Origin: a virus
Lineage: Duplodnaviria; Heunggongvirae; Uroviricota; Caudoviricetes
Length of the DNA: 13,613 nucleotides
Virus record (IMG/VR): IMGVR_UViG_2778261693_000009
Direction: 5' to 3' (one strand)
The translations under genes and the position numbers were made by a program. Under the pieces are notes generated by a model. That model worked only from the letters and a program-made list of their open reading frames with translations. It made no database searches and was not told the origin of the DNA. Shown one piece after another: positions 1-5,356 of the stretch. Numbering within the stretch: position 1 is the stretch's first letter; each line of letters opens with the position of its first letter.

Positions 1-933
1 ATGGACAACGACAAAATTGATCAACACAGCGACGAAATTGAAGTTGAGAGCGAAGAAAAAGAGCGCGGCAAAAAAATAGAAATAGATGAAGACCGACTCC
101 CCTCCCGGGCGATGGCAATTCATGAGCATATCCGCCAGGATGGTGAAAAAGAGCTGGAACGCGACGCAATGGCGCTACTGTGGTCAGCCATTGCGGCGGG
201 TCTGTCGATGGGCGCTTCGTTACTGGCAAAAGGGATATTTCAAGTCGAACTGGAAGGTGTGCCGGGCAGCTTCTTGCTGGAGAATCTCGGTTATACCTTT
301 GGTTTTATTATCGTCATTATGGCCCGCCAGCAATTATTTACCGAAAATACCGTGACTGCGGTACTACCCGTCATGCAAAAACCGACAATGAGCAACGTCG
401 GCTTACTTATACGGTTATGGGGCGTCGTGCTGCTGGGTAATATTCTCGGGACAGGTATTGCGGCGTGGGCATTTGAATATATGCCTATCTTCAATGAAGA
501 AACTCGCGATGCATTTGTCAAAATCGGCATGGATGTGATGAAGAACACCCCCAGCGAGATGTTTGCCAACGCGATCATTTCCGGCTGGCTGATCGCCACT
601 ATGGTTTGGATGTTTCCTGCAGCGGGTGCGGCAAAGATTGTGGTGATTATATTGATGACCTGGCTTATTGCCCTGGGTGACACCCCCCATATCGTGGTCG
701 GTTCTGTTGAAATCCTCTATCTGGTGTTTAACGGTACGCTGCACTGGAGCGATTTCATCTGGCCCTTCGCACTACCTACTTTAGCGGGGAACATCTGCGG
801 CGGCACCTTTATCTTCGCGTTAATGAGTCATGCACAGATTCGTAACGACATGAGCAATAAGCGTAAAGCAGAAGCACGCCAAAAAGCAGAACGTGCGGAA
901 AACATTAAGAAAAATTATAAAAACCCGGCATAA
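1..933 (+). CDS. yfdC: Host inner-membrane protein of the formate/nitrite transporter (FNT) family, YfdC-like; flanks the integration site
   Basis: 310-aa ORF starting at window position 1, with a charged N-terminus followed by several hydrophobic segments and a K/R-rich tail. The translation matches my recollection of E. coli YfdC, which lies next to argW. GC-normal composition. Confidence 0.75.
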   Translation: MDNDKIDQHSDEIEVESEEKERGKKIEIDEDRLPSRAMAIHEHIRQDGEKELERDAMALLWSAIAAGLSMGASLLAKGIFQVELEGVPGSFLLENLGYTFGFIIVIMARQQLFTENTVTAVLPVMQKPTMSNVGLLIRLWGVVLLGNILGTGIAAWAFEYMPIFNEETRDAFVKIGMDVMKNTPSEMFANAIISGWLIATMVWMFPAAGAAKIVVIILMTWLIALGDTPHIVVGSVEILYLVFNGTLHWSDFIWPFALPTLAGNICGGTFIFALMSHAQIRNDMSNKRKAEARQKAERAENIKKNYKNPA

Positions 934-967
934 ATGGCGAGGGTTTAAGCAATCGAGCGGCAGCGTA

Positions 968-997
968 CTTACCCCGCACTCCATTAGCGGGTATACT
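968..997 (+). promoter_or_regulatory. Candidate sigma70 promoter for the tRNA gene
   Basis: -10-like TATACT at 992..997, about 11 nt upstream of the tRNA 5' end, followed by a GC-rich discriminator (catgccgc). Weak -35-like TTACCC at 968..973 with an 18-nt spacer. By-eye call only. Confidence 0.3.
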
Positions 998-1008
998 CAT
1001 GCCGCATT

Positions 1009-1081
1009 GTCCTCTTAGTTAAATGGATATAACGAGCCCCTCCTAAGGGCTAATTGCAGGTTCGATTCCTGCAGGGGACAC
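1009..1081 (+). tRNA. argW: tRNA-Arg, anticodon CCU (argW-type); 3' CCA not fully encoded
   Basis: Cloverleaf folded by hand: acceptor stem 1009..1015 pairs with 1073..1079 (one G-U pair); D-stem 1018..1021 with 1030..1033; anticodon stem 1035..1039 with 1047..1051; anticodon loop 1040..1046 (CTCCTAA, anticodon CCT at 1042..1044); T-stem 1056..1060 with 1068..1072; T-loop TTCGATT. Discriminator A at 1080 is followed by C-T-T rather than C-C-A. Confidence 0.9.
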
Positions 1082-1107
1082 TTTAAAGACCTTTCTCTAC
1101 ATTTCAC

Positions 1108-1187
1108 TTCATTACATAACCACTTAAAAAACAGTAAGTTATCACCGAATCGGCCTGATTTTCATTTCAGTTAATTTCATGACATTA
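1108..1187 (+). promoter_or_regulatory. int upstream region carrying two sequence boxes that recur upstream of alpA (candidate shared regulator or Int arm-type sites)
   Basis: Box 1 TTCATTACATAAC at 1108..1120 is identical to 3528..3540. Box 2 TAATTTCATGACATTA at 1172..1187 is identical to 3549..3564 (19 of 20 matches when the preceding cag is included). Confidence 0.4.
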
Positions 1188-1266
1188 CAACCTCGTGATG
1201 GTATAAGTGATGGTATTCCCCAGTTCGATATGCAGATACCATCAATTTACCAAAATGAGTACAGAT

Positions 1267-2541
1267 ATGGCCATTAATGTGCTTTCCCCCAAACAGATAG
1301 AAAACGCCAAGCCGAAGACCAATGATTACAAACTTACCGATGGAGGGAGTTTGTATCTACTGGTACGAAAGACTGGTGGAAAATACTGGCGTATGAATTA
1401 TCGTTTTGATGGAAAACAAGTGACATTGGCATTAGGGGTCTACCCAGATGTCTCACTTGCAACAGCGCGGAAACGGCGTGATGAAGCCAGGCAACTACTA
1501 GCCGATGGTCGTGATCCTCGCGAAGCAAAGAAACCCAAAAAGGAAGACCCAATTTCCCCCACGTTCGAGAGTGTTGCCAGAGAGTGGCATAGTGGAACGA
1601 TGGGGCATCCTGAGTGGAAAGAGATCACCCGTAAAAAAATTCTCCGAGAAATGGAAAACCACCTCTTTCCTGCCATCGGTTCAAAGCCTATCGATACGCT
1701 CAAAACCCGTGACTTGATGCCGATGCTGGTTGAGATGACTGAGAAAGGAATTGGTGCCACAACGAGCCGGGTAAAAACCACTATGACGAGCATCTTCCGT
1801 TATGCCGTGCAACGTGGAATTGTCGATTACAACCCTGCCCACGATCTAAAAGGTGCAATTACGACCCCCAAAGTACGACATCGCCCCGCACTACCTCTCG
1901 AACGTTTACCTGAACTGTTAGCGAAAACGAGAAGTTACACGGGAAGACCATTGACTCGCCTAGCAGTTCTATTTTCCCTGCACACTTTTGTGCGATCCAG
2001 CGAACTACGACATGCCAGATGGGAGGAGATCGACATTGAAAATGGGCTATGGACGATACCAGGACAACGTGAAGAGATCGCAGGGGTTAAATTCTCAGAG
2101 CGGGGTGCAAAGATGGGGGCTGCTCATTATGTCCCGCTATCTAGTCAGGCTATCGGGGTACTGGAGGATATAAGGAAAATCAGTGGTGAATATCTGCTGG
2201 TTTTCCCCGGTGACAGCAACCCATATAAACCGATGAGCGAAAACACAGTTAATAAAGCACTGCGAACGATGGGTTACGACACTCAAAGTGATGTTTGCTT
2301 GCATGGGTTCAGGGCGATGGCCTGCTCTGCACTGACCGAATCAGGACTCTGGTCACGCGATGCAGTTGAACGGCAGATGAGTCACCAAGAAAGAAACGAA
2401 GTGCGGGCAGCATATGTGCATCTTGCGCAGCACATGCAGGAACGCCGCAGAATGATGCAATGGTGGTCTAATTATCTGGAACTAAATAAGGACGAATTTC
2501 ATGCTCCTTATGACTTATCAGGTATTAACATTATCAATTAA
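1267..2541 (+). CDS. P4-type site-specific tyrosine integrase (N-terminal Arm-type DNA-binding domain plus C-terminal catalytic domain)
   Basis: Lies immediately downstream of the tRNA. N-terminus MAINVLSPKQIENAKP...DGGSLYLLVRKTGGKYWRMNYRFDGKQVTLALGVYPDVSLATARKRRDEAR is typical of P4-like integrase arm-binding domains. C-terminal region contains HGFRAMA and RAAYVH (candidate catalytic His/Arg/Tyr) and the tail RRRMMQWW seen in argW-targeting IntS-like integrases. Start is ambiguous: in-frame ATGs at 1207, 1255 and 1267, none with a strong SD. Confidence 0.85.
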   Translation: MAINVLSPKQIENAKPKTNDYKLTDGGSLYLLVRKTGGKYWRMNYRFDGKQVTLALGVYPDVSLATARKRRDEARQLLADGRDPREAKKPKKEDPISPTFESVAREWHSGTMGHPEWKEITRKKILREMENHLFPAIGSKPIDTLKTRDLMPMLVEMTEKGIGATTSRVKTTMTSIFRYAVQRGIVDYNPAHDLKGAITTPKVRHRPALPLERLPELLAKTRSYTGRPLTRLAVLFSLHTFVRSSELRHARWEEIDIENGLWTIPGQREEIAGVKFSERGAKMGAAHYVPLSSQAIGVLEDIRKISGEYLLVFPGDSNPYKPMSENTVNKALRTMGYDTQSDVCLHGFRAMACSALTESGLWSRDAVERQMSHQERNEVRAAYVHLAQHMQERRRMMQWWSNYLELNKDEFHAPYDLSGINIIN

Positions 2542-2571
2542 ATTTTCTTATGATTTAAAACAGAGGTCATA

Positions 2572-3453
2572 ATGCAGCATTCAAAAGAGAATGAAACTAT
2601 ATTCTTAGGAAATCTATGGATTGACAAAAAAATACCACCATTAGAATATTGTTCATTTGAACGCGCTTCAAGACTATTAGAATGCGAGATTGATGATTTA
2701 TTACACCTATACGAAATAGGCGCTTTTAATATCGCATTCAAGGCGGATGGACTTGCAGTTAGATTTAATGTTAATTTCCTCTATAAAAATCAGAAAATGG
2801 AAATTGACTTAATTCATCCCGTATTAACTAATCAATCACTAGAGATGGAATTTTCAACAATATGGTATGACCTTAAAGATGACTCCTTTGAACATTTTGA
2901 AAATGGGCTTCAAATTATAGGATTTGCCTGTGGTATTTGGTACGCCGATGATATGATAAGTGACATAAAAAATGGATTAGCTATAGATCCAGATTATGAA
3001 TTCAGGCTTAAACCGGTAAAAATACGAGATAATGTTTTGATGGCAACGGCCTCATATGAAGGAAATAAGGTCATTGATATTCCATTTGAAGATCTTCTTA
3101 TCATGCGAAGAGATTTAGAGTTAATATGGAAATCAGTAAAAACTGGAATTCCTATGCCAAGTTTACTTACGAAAAGAATTTCATCTGAACCTAAAATCCC
3201 CAAGCGATTAAATAACACTGCTGAGCATCATGCAAAAAATAGGGAGGGGTTATTAAATGCAGCCATATATATATTAGCAAAATACCCAAGCGAATGTCGT
3301 GGTGAAAGAAAAGAGATAAGTCCTGAAAAGTGGACTAACGCCATAATTAAACATTTAGGAGAGCTACCTCCAATATTTATCACTAATGAACAAGAAATCT
3401 TAAGAAAATTACGATTAGCGGTTAATCATGCGGGATTAAAACAAAAGGGGTAG
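2572..3453 (+). CDS. Hypothetical protein, 293 aa; AT-rich orphan cargo gene directly downstream of int
   Basis: Clean ORF with SD AGAGG 5 nt upstream of the ATG, 30 bp after the int stop. Markedly AT-rich by eye (roughly low-30s percent GC versus over 50 percent in the flanking core genes). No motif I recognise (no P-loop, no obvious nuclease or HTH signature, no hydrophobic segments). Confidence 0.7.
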   Translation: MQHSKENETIFLGNLWIDKKIPPLEYCSFERASRLLECEIDDLLHLYEIGAFNIAFKADGLAVRFNVNFLYKNQKMEIDLIHPVLTNQSLEMEFSTIWYDLKDDSFEHFENGLQIIGFACGIWYADDMISDIKNGLAIDPDYEFRLKPVKIRDNVLMATASYEGNKVIDIPFEDLLIMRRDLELIWKSVKTGIPMPSLLTKRISSEPKIPKRLNNTAEHHAKNREGLLNAAIYILAKYPSECRGERKEISPEKWTNAIIKHLGELPPIFITNEQEILRKLRLAVNHAGLKQKG

Positions 3454-3519
3454 ACTGAAACAATCTACAGGTAGAGTTGATTACACTACCTTCACAGCAT
3501 TTTGATATCCCCATAGTAT

Positions 3520-3547
3520 CTGCCGTGTTCATTACATAACACGGCAG
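3520..3547 (+). promoter_or_regulatory. Perfect 10-bp inverted repeat (CTGCCGTGTT / AACACGGCAG) with an 8-nt spacer, just upstream of alpA
   Basis: Left arm 3520..3529, right arm 3538..3547. The repeat encloses box 1 (TTCATTACATAAC) and its right arm overlaps the weak SD region of alpA (ATG at 3556). No T-run follows, so it is more likely an operator or translational-control hairpin than a terminator. Confidence 0.4.
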
Positions 3548-3555
3548 GTAATTTC

Positions 3556-3771
3556 ATGACATTAAAAACTTATCCTATCACTGGACATGCCCGCCCACGA
3601 GCTACTGCTGACTTTTTGCAAATAAGTACGGTTACTCTCTGGCGCTGGGAAAAGAACAATCCTGAATTTCCCAAATCTATACGCATTTCAAAACGGGTAT
3701 CTGTTTACGATGCACAAGAAATTAGGCAGTGGGTTAAAGCTCAATCAGCAGGATTGGAGGAAGTAGTGTAA
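3556..3771 (+). CDS. alpA: AlpA-family (prophage CP4-57 regulator-like) small DNA-binding regulator/excisionase-type protein
   Basis: 71-aa protein containing FLQISTVTLWRWEKNNPEFPKSIRISKRVSVYDAQEIRQWV, which fits the AlpA/Xis-type winged-helix pattern. Located between int and the replication module as in P4-like elements. Confidence 0.75.
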   Translation: MTLKTYPITGHARPRATADFLQISTVTLWRWEKNNPEFPKSIRISKRVSVYDAQEIRQWVKAQSAGLEEVV

Positions 3772-3790
3772 TGACAATATTAACAAAGCT

Positions 3791-3810
3791 GGGGAGAAAA
3801 AAGCCTCCCC
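3791..3810. terminator. Candidate bidirectional hairpin between convergent alpA and the RHH gene
   Basis: GGGGAG (3791..3796) / CTCCCC (3805..3810) 6-bp stem with an A-rich loop; on the minus strand the loop reads as a T-run. Weak as a terminator. Confidence 0.25.
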
Positions 3811-3820
3811 AACGTATTAA

Positions 3821-4015
3821 TCAATTCTTTGGTTCTAAACCTCGGCTTTGTAACTCTTTGCGTAGAATGCGCTTGATCCAAGCCGCTAGCGATTCATCGC
3901 CATCCTGCTGTTGTGCTTGTTCCATCAGTTCACGCAGTTCAGGGTCAAGTCGGAACTGGAATGGCGGATTCCCACGTCTTTCATTTTTGTGTGTTGACAC
4001 GTCAATTACACCCAT
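3821..4015 (-). CDS. Ribbon-helix-helix (Arc/MetJ-like) small DNA-binding protein, candidate repressor
   Basis: 64-aa protein; FQFRLDPELRELMEQAQQ...SLAAWIKRILRKEL fits a beta-strand then two helices (RHH fold). Transcribed divergently from the replication operon. Weak or absent SD. Confidence 0.55.
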   Translation of the reverse strand: MGVIDVSTHKNERRGNPPFQFRLDPELRELMEQAQQQDGDESLAAWIKRILRKELQSRGLEPKN

Positions 4016-4021
4016 TGTAAT
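3994..4021 (+). promoter_or_regulatory. Candidate sigma70 promoter for the rightward early/replication operon
   Basis: TTGACA at 3994..3999, 16-nt spacer, TGTAAT at 4016..4021. Overlaps the start of the divergent RHH gene and the TGTAATG/CATTACA repeats. Confidence 0.45.
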
Positions 4022-4049
4022 GTATTTATGTGTAATGACACATTACACA
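4003..4049. promoter_or_regulatory. Operator-like cluster of TGTAATG / CATTACA half-sites
   Basis: TGTAATG at 4016..4022 and 4031..4037, inverted CATTACA at 4041..4047, and related AATTACA at 4004..4010; all overlap the candidate promoter between the RHH gene and the rightward operon. Confidence 0.4.
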
Positions 4050-4131
4050 CAGAAAAACAAAATAGCAACGCCCCGGAGTGTTTGCAGCACCACCGAGGCG
4101 TCTGACCAGCACGTTATATGAGGTAACGAAG

Positions 4132-4308
4132 ATGGCTAAACAGAAGTGTACCTGGTTATTTGCGGCGATCAACCGCAGTCAACGTAATGCCCGTCCGGTG
4201 ATGTTAAGGATCACCGCAGATAACGAGCGATCAGCGCGGCGCAGACTTGCCCCGGACTATGTACTGAGCTTTGCCGGGCGCATTCCCTGCGGAGGTGAAC
4301 ATGCGTAA
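4132..4308 (+). CDS. Small protein resembling the Icd-like (host cell division inhibitor) family of P4-like elements; assignment from memory
   Basis: ATG at 4132 preceded by GAGG at 4121..4124. 58-aa product MAKQKCTWLFAAINRSQRNARPVMLRITADNERSARRRLAPDYVLSFAGRIP. Its 3' end overlaps the next ORF by 8 nt. Confidence 0.45.
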   Translation: MAKQKCTWLFAAINRSQRNARPVMLRITADNERSARRRLAPDYVLSFAGRIPCGGEHA

Positions 4309-4660
4309 TTATCCGCATCCCGGCGAACGCTGGCAGCATGAACGTGGCTGGACGGTCACGATTATCCGATTAATAGAAGCCTCGCCCTCTGTGGCGCTGG
4401 TTAATCCTGAATTCAGCTGTGAAGTGCTGATACGTCATGACAGCGACAACCAGCTTTCTTCCTGCCCTCTGGCATGGTTTGAACAGCGATATACGCGCCT
4501 GTTTGATGTACCGCTCTTTAAGCCTGCACCAGCTCCTGCAGGCGGTAGTGGTTCCGGCCCGCTGACACTGCATCCGTCTGTGCTATTTATCCGCTGGCGG
4601 GAGCGTAGCATATGGCGTTCTGCTGAGCCTGATGACGGTCACTATTCAAAGTTTCTCTGA
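4301..4660 (+). CDS. Hypothetical protein (119 aa), satellite early operon
   Basis: ATG at 4301 with SD GGAGG at 4291..4295; overlaps the upstream gene. GC-normal; no recognised motif. Confidence 0.55.
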   Translation: MRNYPHPGERWQHERGWTVTIIRLIEASPSVALVNPEFSCEVLIRHDSDNQLSSCPLAWFEQRYTRLFDVPLFKPAPAPAGGSGSGPLTLHPSVLFIRWRERSIWRSAEPDDGHYSKFL

Positions 4661-4691
4661 CAAAACACCGCTGAAAACGGAGTAATCCACA

Positions 4692-4976
4692 ATGAATATT
4701 TCAAACGGGCACAACGGTGCTCAGGGCCAGACTTTGCCTGAAAAACACAATACCGGTGCTTTTGCCTATGGGTTGTCAGAGGACGGTTTCGGAAAGCTGA
4801 CCCGCGCAAGAAATGCCTGCGACATGCTCCAGCTTCTCTTTTCTGAATACCCGTCTCAGGCCGGAGCACTGGACGCAGGCTGTGCGCCTGGTGTCGCCGC
4901 GCTGATGGAGTACCTGCGGGCAGATTTGACGGATATTGCACACAGCTGCGCACTGATTGAAGGAGGTGCCAGATGA
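4692..4976 (+). CDS. Hypothetical protein (94 aa), satellite early operon
   Basis: ATG at 4692 with SD-like ACGGAG upstream; its stop overlaps the next start (ATGA). Identity unknown. Confidence 0.5.
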   Translation: MNISNGHNGAQGQTLPEKHNTGAFAYGLSEDGFGKLTRARNACDMLQLLFSEYPSQAGALDAGCAPGVAALMEYLRADLTDIAHSCALIEGGAR

Positions 4977-5356
4977 ACCAGCCGCAGGTTTCCATTTTCC
5001 CGGCAGAAATGACCACCGCGCTTTACCGGCGGGCTATTGCTTCAGCATGGCGGCAGAAAATGCTGAACGAAACTGGCAATGATCAGTATGGTCCGCACAG
5101 CCTGACGGTGGAGCGTATTGAAATGGCCATTGCGCTGCATATCGAGTGCGCACTGATTAACGAGTACGGCGAAGCACAGGGCGCCGCTGCCGCGCTGGCA
5201 CTGCTGACTGACATGCTGGAGCCGTCACTGCTGACCGCGCCGCCGGTACTGACCGCGCGCGGTTGTGAAGTAATGGCGGAGATGTACCGCACGCTTCCGG
5301 CGGCCTTTGATGTCTGCTGCAGTACCGGTGTGACGTTGTATCAGGGGGAAGTATGA
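4973..5356 (+). CDS. Hypothetical protein (127 aa), translationally coupled to the primase gene
   Basis: ATG at 4973 with SD GGAGG; its stop overlaps the primase start (ATGA at 5353..5356). Confidence 0.5.
   Translation: MNQPQVSIFPAEMTTALYRRAIASAWRQKMLNETGNDQYGPHSLTVERIEMAIALHIECALINEYGEAQGAAAALALLTDMLEPSLLTAPPVLTARGCEVMAEMYRTLPAAFDVCCSTGVTLYQGEV

Noticed and set aside
86-440. Alternative-frame ORFs (89 and 86 aa) inside yfdC
   Set aside because: Fully nested in a well-supported membrane-protein gene, with Arg/Trp/Cys-rich translations typical of off-frame artefacts.
1207-1266. N-terminal extension of the integrase starting at the ATG at 1207
   Set aside because: The extra residues (MMVFPSSICRYHQFTKMSTD) precede the conserved integrase N-terminus and have no SD; a start at 1267 (or 1255) fits the family better, though this remains uncertain.
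3771-4121. 116-aa plus-strand ORF spanning the alpA/RHH intergenic region
   Set aside because: The translation is low-complexity (Ser/Cys/Arg-rich) and it runs antisense to the much more protein-like RHH ORF and across the promoter/operator region; no SD.
4544-4551. CCTGCAGG as a possible copy of the tRNA 3' end (attR)
   Set aside because: Only 8 bp match and they lie inside a coding region; no extended identity to the tRNA 3' segment.
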